NCBI GenBank assembly: GCA_965178125.1 | Contig: OZ237746.1 | Location: 620,001 to 684,000, forward strand | Reading direction: 5' to 3' | DNA: 64,000 nucleotides | Source: Bilabrum cf. latius | Taxonomy: Eukaryota | The notes under the pieces: model-generated | Told to the model about the DNA's origin: nothing | What the model saw: the letters and a program-made list of their open reading frames with translations, nothing else | Database searches by the model: none | Translations under genes and position numbers: made by a program | Shown: positions 36,290 to 48,890 of the stretch, one piece after another | How the letters are laid out: the number at the start of each line of letters is the position of its first letter | Numbering within the stretch: the stretch's first letter is position 1

Positions 36290-37816
36290 TCACAGCCGCT
36301 AGAGCCAGAATCGCAAGCAGTTCCGAATGACCTCCTTTCTCGTCTGCGGGTGCTCCCTCGCCCACTTGGAGGCAGCCAGAGTGGACGGACTCGGAGCCAA
36401 CCGTACGCTACGATCCTTCTGCGGGTCACGATCGCTAGCCGAATCTCCCTCGGATACCCCACCTCCCGCTGGTTCTCCCTTCCCACCCCCTCTCTTCTGC
36501 TTCTTTGCCCGCTGTCCGCGACGGGAGCCAGACCCATGAGACGACCTATCGTCGCTCCCACCTTCCTTTGGGATGTCTTTGCCCTGCTGCCGCTGTGAAT
36601 CGTCCCCACCTTGGGTTCCGAAGCCCGACCCGCCCCCAACCCTCCCCTTCAGCGTCTCTCGCACCGTCTGGTCCGAGGCGATGTTGGCGCCCTGCTCCAG
36701 AAGCAGCAGCGTGACGAATGCGCCGAACGCCAGCACCACCACCGCCACGTACACGGCTGCCAGCCATCGAAGCCAAGCGAACGTTCCGTGCGACACGTAC
36801 GCCGCCAGCACCCAGTCCTCCGGCAATCGGTTGCAACCACCAGAGTCGCACATGCTCCTATGCTCACCTGCCACACCCCCAACCGTGCTATTGCCGCCCA
36901 CCCCCCTGTCTTCTTCATCGCTTCCATCCCGCGCCCACATTAGACCACTGATGGTCCGTCCAAGCCAGAGTAGGGGCAGTGCCCCCGCCTGCCCCACGAG
37001 GGTCATCAGCCCCGGCCACTGCATGGCCTCCCACAGCGCACCCCCTCCTGCCCACAGCTGCACCACCATCGATGCGACGAACACGACGAACGTTCGGTGG
37101 TTTCCGGCCGCGACGGGCTGCCCCACCCACCAGCATGCGTGGTCGAAACGCGCGTAGCACCTTCCCGTCGCGCGGCAATGCCCTGCACGCAGGGGCCGCT
37201 GCAGCTGGCAGGTCTTGCAGTCCGCCTCTGGCAGCCCGTCCTCGCCCAGCTGGTCCCGAGGCATGAGCCCGAACTCCCGCGAGTGCTGCTTCAGCAGGGC
37301 CAGCTGTCGCTTGGCGGCCGGGTTCACCGAGGCCAGTTCCTTTGCGAAGGTAGCCCCTCCGATGGGGAGCGTGCCTGGGTCCACGCAGCCCGAGACGAGC
37401 ACGAGGTAGGTCAGCCATGACACCGCCGCTGCGATCCACGTGGTCCACATGTACACCGGGGCTGCTCTGAGAGCGTCGTCCACCAGGAAAATACCGGCGA
37501 TCCCGTGACTTAACAGCATTGCGGTAGGGAAGAAGAGCCACAGGCTGGACTGCCGCTTCGGGTCGCCGCCCTGGCCCCGCAGAAAGGTGAGGATCTCAAG
37601 GCCGCGCGTTGCATCGTCCCGGCGCTCCTATCGTGATACCGCTATGATATCTGTTTGATATGGTGTTCGATGCGAGCTTCTCTCTTGACGTGAGTTGTCC
37701 TCGGAGACTACGCCAGCCTCCCAAACTCCTCCTCCGTTGCGGCGTCGCAGTACGTTCCCAGTCAATCCCTGATCCCCGGCGCCAATCCAGTCAGACTCAT
37801 CATCATTCAAAGACAT
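36290..37816 (-). CDS. DHHC-family palmitoyltransferase with a DHAC variant motif, ~508 aa
   Basis: DPG motif, CKTCQLQRPLRAGHCRATGRCYARFDHACWWVGQPVAAGNHRTF, four hydrophobic segments and NIASDQTVRE (TTxE-like). TAGs at 37628 and 36299; ends at TGA 36290-36292. Confidence 0.85.
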
Positions 37817-37974
37817 AACTATTGTCACTGTGCCATTACGAGCTTGCAAACAGTGTCGCACTCAAGCTGCTCATGAATTGCTTTTGAAAACGCTCCGGGT
37901 CCAAACACTTTGTGCGTACAGGCAATGCGGTTAGCATCTTGAGAGCTGCAGGGATTCATTCCACATATGTAACA

Positions 37975-39612
37975 ATGCGCCGAATTGTGTCGGGATGCGC
38001 GCGACGTGTCTGTACCGTAGCGAAATAGATCCCGAAGGAGTATGTGGCTGAACTACGCTCGTCCTTGAAACAGTATGGCTTCACGGAATCGGCACAGGAA
38101 GTCATCGCCGCGATGGAAACATCGAAAACGCATCACACGACCTTAGTTTCTCCCTGGACCGGCCACGGTTATCATTTGTGTCCTGCCTCGATGGTACCAG
38201 TGCTCGCCGCTGCCAGAGAGGTGCACCGCAGAGATTCGCGAACATTTCGCATCATTGACATGTGTTCTGCACCTGGTGGGAAGCTACTGGGATTGGCCAC
38301 TGCGTTCGGCCGGGGCGGGCCGAGTCCTGCACTTTGGGCAAACGAGCCGAGCCCGTCCCGGCGCAAGCGGCTGCAGCAGGTGCTCCGCGCTTGGCTGCCC
38401 CAGGGAACACACATTCAAAAGGGCCCCCGCGGGGTAGTATCGTTCCTGCAGGCATCATAGAATGCGATCAGACCAGTCGGCTCGCACGGCTCAAGCCACG
38501 GTGGCTCGCGCATGCCAATTGGTGCTCCAGCGGCGAGTGCACGCACTGGCACTGCTGGTACTGGCACTGCTGGTACTGGTACTGGCAGCGGAGCTATTGC
38601 AAGCACACCTCCCCCAGCCCCCCTTGTGGTTGCAACCGGTTCCCACGGGGCGGACCTCCCCCGCGAATTTGCCTCCGTCGCCGGCCACGTGTCTCACACT
38701 GGCGGTGCCGACTGGGGCCTTCCCAGCGGTCATGGCAATCCCGAGCATGTCCATTTGCACTCCGAGTCCCTTCCAGCTGATGGCCACCACTGGCAGACCT
38801 AGCAGCGGCACATAGCAGCAGCAGACGCCAACCCAACCGTTGTATCAGGCCCCCGGGGGAAGGAGCTGGACGGTGCAGCCGACCTGGTGCTCGTGGACGC
38901 CCCCTGCAGTACGGACCGGGAGAAAATCCACCGCTGGATCGGGGCACCAGATAGTTCCTCAGAGATCGGTTCCAGCAGGAACACCAACTCCACCAGTGCA
39001 AGCGTCAGTGTATCCGTTGAGTGGAAGCGCAAAGAGGCCCGCGCATTGGAAAGGAGGCAAGCGGCTCTCGTGGCGAGCGCGCTGCGGCTGGTAAGGCCTG
39101 ACGGGGGCGTCGTCGTGTATAGTACTTGCACCCCCCTGTGGGGGCAGAACGAGGGGGTGATCAAAGCGGCGCTTGCGAAGTGTCGCCGTGCAGGGATCCG
39201 AGCAGAGGTGGACACAGAGTGGTGCCGTGGGCCAGGTGAGACCACGAAGGTGGAGGTGTGCTGGCTTGGGGCAGATAAAGGTGCTTGCTCGAGTGTGACG
39301 AGTGCTGGAGACATCGTGTCTGAGTGGCGGCACCGTCATGGTGCTGGAGCCCCCCTGCGCTTTGGCGCGGGGGCGTGGACGGGGCAGGGATGGCTGGTAC
39401 TGCCGTCACACCGGGCTAGGGGACGAGCCCACCCTGGGTCTGGGCCTGGGCCTGGGACTGAGTCTGGGACTGGGACTGGGTCTGGAATCCGGTAGGGAGA
39501 CAGTGCGGGTAGGGTCGATGTTGTTGCTGGAAGCGTTGGTGGGACTGTCGGGGCTGTTGGTGCTGTGGGTGTGGGGCCGTTGTACACTGCTGTGCTGAGG
39601 CGGCTAGGGTGA
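37975..39612 (+). CDS. NOL1/NOP2/Sun-family RNA m5C methyltransferase (NSUN3/4-like, possibly mitochondrial), ~545 aa
   Basis: IIDMCSAPGGK, ANE, DLVLVDAPCS, VVYSTCT and C-terminal GPLYTAVLRR are spread over three track ORFs plus flanks, joined by TAGs at 38026, 38458, 38800 and 39493. Arg-rich N-terminus MRRIVSGCARRVC; ends at TGA. Confidence 0.85.
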
Positions 39613-39705
39613 TTTTGGCCTGCCGGTGAGTGCACTGCACTGCACTATACCCAGTAGACATCAATACATAGCATATTAAAGGATTTCACAACAAGGCCGA
39701 ATCGT

Positions 39706-40570
39706 TTACCCGTTCGGCCCTTTTCGCCGGGTCGGCCTTGCCTGTTCATCCTCGTCCTCGTCCTCGCTGCTGGAGTCCTCCCCACCGGCCCCGCCCCCTG
39801 ACGGTGTCATGCTGCCTCGCATCGCACCGCCTTCAGCCACTACCTGCCCTCCAGTGGTTGCAGAGCTGCTCGCCCCTGCGCCTGCACTGGCCTGTGCCCC
39901 ACCGGTGGAGGGAGACGCCAGCTCAGGTTGCTCCGAGTCGGCGCCGGATGCGGAACCGGCACCGGACGGGAGGCCTAGAGGTGTCCCGCCGCCCGCCATG
40001 ATGCTCTCTAGCTCGCCTCGTTCTGACTAGGGCACGAAGCTGCCGGAGCCCGCAGGGTCCCCTGCTTCCATGTTGCCTGTCTGTTCCATCAGGCCGCGGT
40101 CCATGAGGGTGCCTGGCAGGAACTGCGGACCGCTTCCCCTGACGACACTGCTCGTCTTGCTAGAGTGCCCGCTTTCCGATTTGAGTTTCAGTTTCGCTTC
40201 AAATGCAGCCATTTCCGCTGCATGATTTAAATGGAGAGTGGCATCGTGTTGCATCAAATTCGATAGGATACAAGGGAAAGCGTGATAGAACGGAGCTTCG
40301 CAATGCTGGTACCGGTTGAAATATGCACCGCGTCTCACCGTCTACCGGCTTCGTCCCTAGCTGTGGAACCGATTCATCGTCGCCGCCGCCGGCGGTGAAC
40401 TGGCCTAGATCAGTCCATTCACCCTGAGTATCGGCACCTTGTTTGCTTCCAGCTTCCTTGCTTTCATGCGGCTGCTGCGATGGTTTCGACTAGCCTCCTA
40501 CGGCATAACGGTTCTGTGCTGGTACATTCTATTTATTCGATTCCTACGGTACGCTTGCTCCGCACCCCAT
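39706..40570 (-). CDS. Small putatively myristoylated/palmitoylated protein (MGCGAS N-terminus), ~247 aa; exons 40570-40339 and 40217-39706
   Basis: ATG GGG TGC GGA GCA AGC at 40570. The phase-1 GTGAG...GCAG intron 40338-40218 gives KPVD|AEMAAFEAKL. TAGs at 40544, 40529, 40490 and 40027; ends at TAA 39706-39708. Exon 1 is absent from the ORF track. Confidence 0.7.
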
Positions 40571-40730
40571 CCCTGGTTTGGGCGCTATTTTGTCCCAATT
40601 GCACTTTCACGAGCCGTTCCAAACCGTCATTATCTTCATCTTGACCATTTTGCGCGGCGCCGAAAAGGTTCCGCGACAAAACGAGCAGGGACGTCGCTCG
40701 GCCGAACAGCATATAGTTGCATCGACAGAG

Positions 40731-42226
40731 ATGCCGGCCGGCGACGAATCAAAGGAAAGTGCTGCAAAGCAAGCTTCTGGCAAGGGTGATAAGAAGAAGC
40801 AGGGTGGAAAGGGCAAGAAGGATGCGATTCCCGGCGCTTTGGACGAGAAGGATATTGCTTTGATCAAGGCATACGTAAGTTATAGCGAGATGTAGCTTAC
40901 ATCATGGCAATTTTGCAATAGAGTTACAACGTATCAATCCGCTTTGCTACGGTACGCTGCCCAATGAGTGAAGTCCATGGCTCGCACACGTTCGATTGGT
41001 TCAAGACGCTAGATTCCGATCACTCCCTTGTATCGCAGGGATAGGGGCCGTATTCCACGGAGATCAAGGAGTTAGAAGATGATATCGTGAAGGGGCTAGC
41101 GAAAGTAAAGGAATTGGCTGGTGTACGGGAGTCTGACATGGGACTGGCACCGCCGTCCATGTGGGATTTGGTTGCGGACAAAATGATGATGGCGCAGGAG
41201 CAGCCGCTCCACGTTGCTATGTGCACGAAGATTTTGAATCCAGGGACGGAAGATGCCAAGTACGTCATCGACCTGAAGCAGATCGCAAAGTTCGTCGTCG
41301 GGCTGGGCGAGAAGGTCTCTCCCACCGACATTGAGGAATCGATGCGCGTGGGCGTGGACCGCACGAAATACCAGATTCAGATCCCCCTGCCGCCCAAGAT
41401 CGACCCATCCGTCACGATGATGACAGTGGAGGAGCGCCCCGACGTCACGTACGACGACGTGGGCGGCGCCACGGATGCACTGGAGAAGCTCAAGGAGGTG
41501 GTGGAGCTGCCCTTGCTGTACCCCGAGCGATTCGAGTCGCTGGGCATCGACCCGCCCAAGGGCGTGCTGCTGTACGGGCCCCCGGGGACAGGCAAGACGC
41601 TGTCTGCCAGGGCCGTTGCCAACCGGACGGACGCATGCTTCATCCGGGTAATCGGCTCCGAGTTGGTCCAGAGGTACGTGGGCGAGGGCGCCCGGATGGT
41701 GCGGGAGCTGTTCCAGATGGCCCGCTCCAAGAAAGCCGCCATTATTTTCTTCGACGAGGTGGACGCCATCGGCGGGACGAGGTTCGGGGGCGGCTCCGAC
41801 AGCGAGGTGCAGCGCACGATGCTTGAGATCGTGAACCAGCTGGACGGCTTCGATTCGCGGGGCAACATCAAGGTGCTCATGGCGACCAACCGGCCCGATA
41901 CCCTGGACCCCGCTCTCATGCGGCCCGGTCGGCTGGACCGCAAGATCGAGTTCGGGCTGCCCGACCTCGCCGGGCGAACGCACATCATGCGGATTCACGC
42001 AAAGACGATGGCAGTGGACAAGGACATTCGATACGAGCTTCTAGCACGGCTTTGCCCGAACACCACGGGTGCCGAGCTTCGCAGCGTGTGCACCGAGGCG
42101 GGCATGTTTGCGATTCGTGCTAGGAGGAAGAGCATCAGCGAGCGAGATTTCCTGGACGCCATCAACAAGGTGATCAAGAGCTACAAGAAGTTCTCTTCGA
42201 CACCCAAGTACATGGTGTACAACTGA
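40731..42226 (+). CDS. PSMC2: 26S proteasome regulatory ATPase subunit 7 (Rpt1/PSMC2); exons 40731-40874 and 41039-42226
   Basis: [13 protein letters not shown]-x-[52 protein letters not shown] and C-terminal STPKYMVYN. Intron GTAAGT(40875)...GCAG(41038); TAG at 41042; ends at TGA. Confidence 0.95.
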
Positions 42227-42460
42227 GCCAGGAGGAGATGGCTCGCTGGTACATTTCTTTGAGTGGATTCGACGGAGAGTGCGCACACATGAATACTTCT
42301 CGGATTGTACACACGATCCGATTCACGTGTGAACATCATGCGCATGCAAGAATATGCATCACGTTCGCTAGACACTCGGCTCCACCAATCGAATTCGTTC
42401 ACAGATCGTCAGTCATCACACACTCGAACCCGCACACACTTGCTGGCGCACCGGTCAGCT

Positions 42461-45400
42461 TCACCACCCGAGCCCGCTCGCACCCATGCCCCCACGAGCA
42501 GCAGCCGAAGCCGAGGACGAGGACGCCGCCCCGAGCCCAGAGGCACCCATCCCGATCCCGCCGGCTCCCTGCCCCGCCCACTGGCTGGCCCCGTGCTGCG
42601 CCACGAAGCCCATCACGTCCTCCCTCGCCCGTCTCTCCAGGTCCTGCGCGTCCTCCTTCTCGCCCTCCGCCAGCTCCTCCTCGGGGAGAGCGGCCAGCAC
42701 GGCGGCCTTGTCCGTCAGCTCCATCAGCGCCTGGTTGGCCCCCCGCAGCAGATCCCCGACGTCCTCCTCGCCGGCACCAGGCCGCCTCGCGAACCTCACC
42801 CACCGGCACACACCCTCGCAGTACGCCCGCACCACGTGCAGCCGCATCCCCGCGTCACCCCCATCCTCCTGAAGCATCCTCGAGTAGAGCCCCAGCCGCC
42901 GCCTCCATCGGATCCCAGAGCCCGTGCCCGCCACCCCATCAGGCCCGAACGCCTCACCTGCACCTGCACCGGCCCCCGCTCCCGCGCCACCGAGCAGCAT
43001 CCCAGCTCCCTCACCGGACTCGTCCACGTCCCGGATCCGCCCTAGCACGCCGTCAATGATCCACCCGGGATTGAACCCCGGGTCCTGGCCCCAGTCCACG
43101 GCCTCGTTCTCGCACGCAAGGCACACACCTTGCAGGATGCTGTCGTGCAGTGCAACCACGCTGCCCAGCTGCACCAGCAGCGCGGCGATTTCGTCCTGCG
43201 CGACTTCGCGCCTTTGTCCACGCACCGCCGTGATCTGAAGATCCACGGCTTTGGCCACCAGCTGGAACACCTGCTGCGGTCGCGCGAGCCCTGCCACTCG
43301 AAGCAGCCTGAGCGCGTGCACGTGCAGCCGATTCTCGTCCCGCTGCGCCTCTGGGAGCAACCAGTCCAGCGAGGGCGGCCGGGCGGCCAGGTCTTCGAGC
43401 AGCTGCTTCGTGGCCCCGTCCCGCCCACCCCTTGCCTCGATCGCCCGCAGCATGTCGCACTGCACCCGGGCCAGCTCCGCGTCTCGGCGGATGGCGTTCA
43501 GCTCCGCCGCGCCGGCCGCGTCTGTGGCCCGCACCGACGGCTCCGAGGCCAGCCTTGATGCCTCACGCAGCATGGCCGTCCTCCTGACGATCGGAGCCGC
43601 CTCGGCCCCGTCGCCCAGGAAGTGTTCCTGCCGCGCCCCGGCACCAGCACCCCCACCCACCCCCCCCTCGAGGGACTCCGTCTCCTCGGGGGGGGGCAGC
43701 ACCGCCCGCATGGCCAACGAGGCCAGCAGCCTGGCAGTCTCGGCATACCTGCGCTGTTCCCTGTACACCCCTAGCACCGCCGCAGGGCTCTGCATGACGT
43801 CCCTGAGGAAGGGCAGCAGGCCCCGAGGGCTGGTCACCTCCAGCGCCCTTCGCATGGAGGAGTGCCTGAACACGAGAGGGTCGGTCCAATCCACCATGGC
43901 CTCCACCGTCACGCGGGTGATCCCGTGCGGAACCGGCGCCGCGCCAATCTCCCCCACCACGGGGGGGTCTTTCGCCCCCGCCCCGGTCGCGGGGCCCTTG
44001 CCCACCAGCCCGCAGTCCTGGACCGCCGATTCAACTGCCTTCTCGGCGTACATGAGCTGGGCATCGGCCAGAAAGCCAAATGCCCACCGGAATGCCTCCT
44101 CCTTCCACACTGGTGAAGGGGACGCCTCCAGATACGCCTGCAAGAGGACGGCCTGGGCGGCACGGTGGGACTCCAGGGCGGCCGCCTGCCTCTCTCCGTC
44201 GATCGCATGGCCGGCCCGCTCCGCCGCCTGAGCGAACGTGATGCGCTGCCTCGCAGCCAGCTCGTGCGCGAACAACACCACCTCCTGCGCCGACTCGGGC
44301 CGCTGTGCCCTGGCCAGTGCCCTCCTCGCGATCCTCGCGCACTCGATGTGCAGCCACAGGGCCTCTTCCCCCGCGTCCCTCGCACGGCCGCTGCCCCCAC
44401 CCTCGGTGCCCGAGAGCACAGGCACCCAGGCCGGGAACCTAGAGCGCGCCTCGTCCTCATCCGGCAGCCCGTCGGGGGATGGCCTCCCCGGCGCCTCGTC
44501 CCCTTTAAACCCAGTGGCTGACTCTGCCGCCCGCCGGTGCATCTGACGTGCCCTCTGCAGAGCAGCCGCGGCGGTTAGCCCCCGGGGCGCCTGCTTGGCG
44601 GCGGCATGCGCGCACACGGCAAACACGAAGCCGTAGTCGGATATCTCCTCCGCAACGAGGCAGAGCTCCGCCACCCTCTGCAGCAGCTCCCGCGAGATCC
44701 TGCTGCCGTCGATGGCACTCCTCGCGGCGCGCAGTGCCAGTTCCCTGGCCCTGTCTTTCTGGGCCCTGTCCGCCGCCTCGCCGGCCTCCTGCAGCAGCAG
44801 CTGCGCCGAGGTCAGCTCTGCGTCCGAGGCCCGCATGAAGAAGGGCGCCTTGCTCCTGATCTCCTGCACCAGGGAGCGCTCGGCGGATCCCCCGCCCATG
44901 CCTCCTAAAGCACCGGCATGGCCCATCCCGGCGGCCATGCCCCTGAGTGCGAGCGAGCTTAGGATCCGCCGGAGCACCATCTGGGACCGGGGCTTCTGCG
45001 TGATGTACTGCAGCCGCAGAGTCTGCACGCAGCCCGCGTCGGTGCTCGGCTCCCTGAAGCACTCCGCTGGCAGGTTGGCCAGCAGAGACCCCAGCTTCGT
45101 GGTGGGCCGAGCCAGCCGCGCGACGGCACAGATGCCCTGCAGCACAAGGTCGACGTGGGCGAACAGGCCAGAAAGGAGGTACTGCTCATGCCTCTGGGGG
45201 TCCTTGAGCTGAGAGAGCGCCCTCTCCCTGTCGGTGCCTCCGCGCCTGACCATGCCCTGCACCCGCATGAGCTCGGTGTCCACGCGCGGGAACTTCTCGC
45301 GCAGGAACACCTTGAGTCTGTGGAGCTGGGAGGCGATTTCCTCCAGCTCAGCCTCGCTGTACCGCACAAAGACCGGCAGTGGGCGCGCGGACGGCTGCCC

Positions 45401-48400
45401 CACGTTGTACGTCTCCACAATATCCTGGTCCTCGGGCCAGTCGCCCCCCTCCCACACCAGCAGCGACCGCTTGTAGATCGAGTCGATCGTCCTCTGGTAG
45501 TACAGGAACACCCCCTGCAGCGCGGTGGAGGGCGAGAGCGTCTCGCACAGTCCCCTCATGAAGTCGTGCGTGTCGGTTGTGTTGAACAGATCCGCCAGGT
45601 CCTGCTCAGAGTAGCCCTCTAGATTCCGGGACGGCTTCTCGCCAACTCGATCGAAGGCATCCGAAGCCGCGTGGGCCAGCGTCTCATCGGGCGTATCGAG
45701 AGCACCCATCCCTCCCATGCCCAGCAGGAGCCTCGCGGCCGCGCCCGTGTTGCGGCCCGCCGCGCCCCCGCCGCTCATGCGCCCGTCCCCGCGCATTCCC
45801 GTGGCAGCGGCCTGGGATACGGCGGACCCGCCGGCAAAGACCTGGAGGCACATGCTGGCCAGCTCCGCCGGCGAGAAAGCCCGCTGCATGAGGGCAACGT
45901 GCCTGGCCGGCCGGGGCAGGACGTTCTCGGCCAGCAGATCGACGGGCCTCCACTGCTCCAGCAGCGCCACGCCGTCCGGACCCACGCACACGAACCGCTG
46001 GCGGGGTACCGGCTGCGCCTGCACCCACATGGGCCGGGGGCACTTGTGTTCCCCGAGGTGGGCGTCCTCTGGGTACGCCTTCAGTTCCCTGGCCCTGCGC
46101 TTGAGCACCATCAGGTACTCGTCTAGCAGTCTCCCGGGCCTCAGCTGCGGAAAGGACTCGAGGAGAGCCTGGTCCTGCATGGACAGCATGGACTCATATG
46201 CGGCCGCGGAGGTATTGGCGGGACCCCCGCCCCTGCCGCGCCCGCGCTTCCGCCCGATCCTAGGACCCGGCAGCTGGCCCCTCCCGTCCGCAGCCACGAG
46301 CCCGGCGGCGTCCCACCCGTCGCCACCCCTTCGCCTCCCGTCCGCTTCCACGAATGCGCCGTCATCCGGCAGCCCGTCGTCCTCCTCTTCTACAGCCGCA
46401 CGGTCCCTGGCCGCGGCCTCGAGCACAACGGGGATCGCCGCGTCGGGGGCGATGGGCGCAGGCTCTGGCCCCGGGCCCACAAGCAGCGCACCAGTCGCGG
46501 AGTAGTGCATGTCGTGGTACAGCAGCGAGGGCTGCGGCTCGGCATCCATAGCGCGGATGTCCATGCCCAGCCCTGCAGCCTCCGCATCGTCGTCGTGATC
46601 CGCCCACCCGGCCCCCGCCAGTGGCAGCAGCCTCCTAGTGACCGCCTCTCTCATCGAGTTCTCGTGCCCCCGCATGAAGGCGCCGTCCTCCGTCTTTGCC
46701 TGCTTCTGGAACTGCTCGAGGGCGCGCCGCCCGCGGAGCATGGGTTCGTAGGTGATGCCCACCGTCTCGCACCTTCCTTCCTTCCTCCTCGCGAGCAGCA
46801 CCGTGCTGCCCGGTACCATGCAGCAGGCCACGACAGACTGCATCGAGTGCGCGTCTCCCTGCCTGGGCTGTGGCCCGTCCGCGTACAGAGCAGTCAGGTC
46901 AGCTTCGTCCTGCCTGCGCCCAACCATCTGCGCCTGGGCCGACGATGCCGACGAGGACGAGGACGATGCCGCAGCAGCGGCAGAAGAAGACCCGGAACCC
47001 CGGCCGTCGGTCACAGAGAGGTTGCTGGGCGGGGGCAGCCTCACGTACACAAGCTCAATGTTCTTGCCCGAACTCTGCCCGCTCTGCTCCACGTAATCAG
47101 CCGTGCGAGTGTCATCAAAAATGCTGCCGTACCCGCGCTTGGGCCGGTCGTACATGCTAAAGTACAGCCGGGCCCCGCCCTCGTCCATGGCCACCAGGTG
47201 CACCCTCTTGCTGACGTCAGGGTGCACCGGCTGCAACCTCACAAGCGGGAAGCCCAGCCCCGTGGCGCCGCCCGCACCGGCACCCAGCGAGTTGGACAAC
47301 AAGTCCATGGCAACCGCAGCAGCGCCCCTGCCCCCCATGTCCCGGCTGTGCACCTTGGCTTGTTCCCTGAGACCGGACTGGGTCAGCCTGCAGCCCACCA
47401 CGGGCAGGTCGCTGGGTCCCCCGAGCAAGTACGTGGTGATGGTGCCCGACACGCCCAGCGTATACAGGTGCGACCGGTTGTGGTCCACCACCATGTCAAC
47501 CAGCGGATCAGGGTCGAACACCCGGGCGATGTTGCGGATCACGGTGTAAGGGTTCCAGGAGAGGAGGTTCGTGTGGTTGATGGTCCTGCACCTCTTCCTC
47601 TGTCTGCCGCATGCCTCGGCTGCCAGCTCGATGGCCGCCGTGGTGGCCCTCCGGAGCTGCTGCAGGTACTGCTCGATGCCCTTGTCGCTTGATGCCGCCT
47701 CGGCGGGCACGTCGCCGTACATGAGCTCGGTGAGGCCGCCCGTGCCCGTGCCAAGGAACACTCTCCCATGCAGGTCGCCCGCGATCCGGTCCACCAGTGC
47801 CCCTTTGAGCGAGCACTTGTAGTCGCTGCCTCGGGGGATGTCCAGCACGCCGCGGGCACCATCGGGCATGCGGATGGCGCGAATGGATACGCTCGTGGTG
47901 GTGGCGATGGCCAGGACGTACTGTGACGAGTGGTGAGGGGTCAAAATGTGGGGGGTGGGGGGGAATCAATAGTGTGTGGGGGGAGGCGCGCAAGGGGTGC
48001 AGGTGCGGCAATAGGTGCACAGGTGCTTAGTGCACGGGGGGTGCAACGGGAATCGTGCGGGGAGACACGGTATCATCCCTACCACTAGTTAAGCACCCTC
48101 CCATACCAGTGATCGTCGTCATCGACTCACCCGCACGTGCCCATCTCGAAAAGCCAGGGGCTGCGGCACGCACAGCGCAACCGCTGTGATGCTGGACGCG
48201 CAATCCGGCAGACGGATGTCTACAGTGCCAGTCGTGTAGTTCCACAAGCAGAATTTATTGTCGCAGCAGACCCAAGCTCTCTGAATCTCGGGAAATGTCC
48301 CGTACCGGTCTCTGGAGCCTGTCGCTGCAACCTCGGCGGCGGCCGCGGGAATCTCGGAACGCGCAGTTACGCGAAGCTGCGAGACAAGGTAAAGTTATGT

Positions 48401-48764
48401 ATCTTCTAATCATTAGTAAGAACCAACTTAATGATGCAAACAGGGCAAGTCATTACCAGTGCTTGCGTTTCTGGGATGTGCTCCCGGGCTGTCCACCACT
48501 ACGCAGCCTCACCAGAGAGCAGTTGAGCGGATTTCCAGCAGGCCCATCGTTCCGCGGAAAGTAAACATGTGGGTATACTTTTGACTCCAGCCTGTACGAA
48601 AGGTCGTGGTTGTCGCGATCCAAGGCCGCCTTATCGCTCAGCTCAAAGTGATGCAGAGCCAAATCCTCGGTGCAGGATTCAAAAACCCTCTAAGCTGCAG
48701 AGCACCTCGTCTCATCTTCATCTTTGCTAGACGAATGAGAGGACGAGCTGCCCTGGGCAGCCAT
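42461..48764 (-). CDS. NUP155: Nuclear pore protein Nup155/Nup170-like, ~1985 aa; exons 48764-48513, 48376-48131 and 47920-42461
   Basis: GTFPEIQRAWVCCDNKFCLWNY, GRVFLG, KRCRTINHT, MVVDHNRSHLYTL, HLVAMDEGGARLYF and VYVRLPP match Nup155 N-terminal propeller motifs. Two phase-0 GTGAG...CAG introns; one TAG at 48690; ends at TGA. Confidence 0.85.
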
Positions 48765-48890
48765 GCTGGTCGATAAACTAGGGCAAAACCTCTTTTTGTG
48801 CTCAAACCAAAATACACTCGTCACACCTACCTGAGCTTGCGCCCGAAAGACCCGCCGAGCCCTTCAGGCTGCACTGCAAGACTACCAGGC

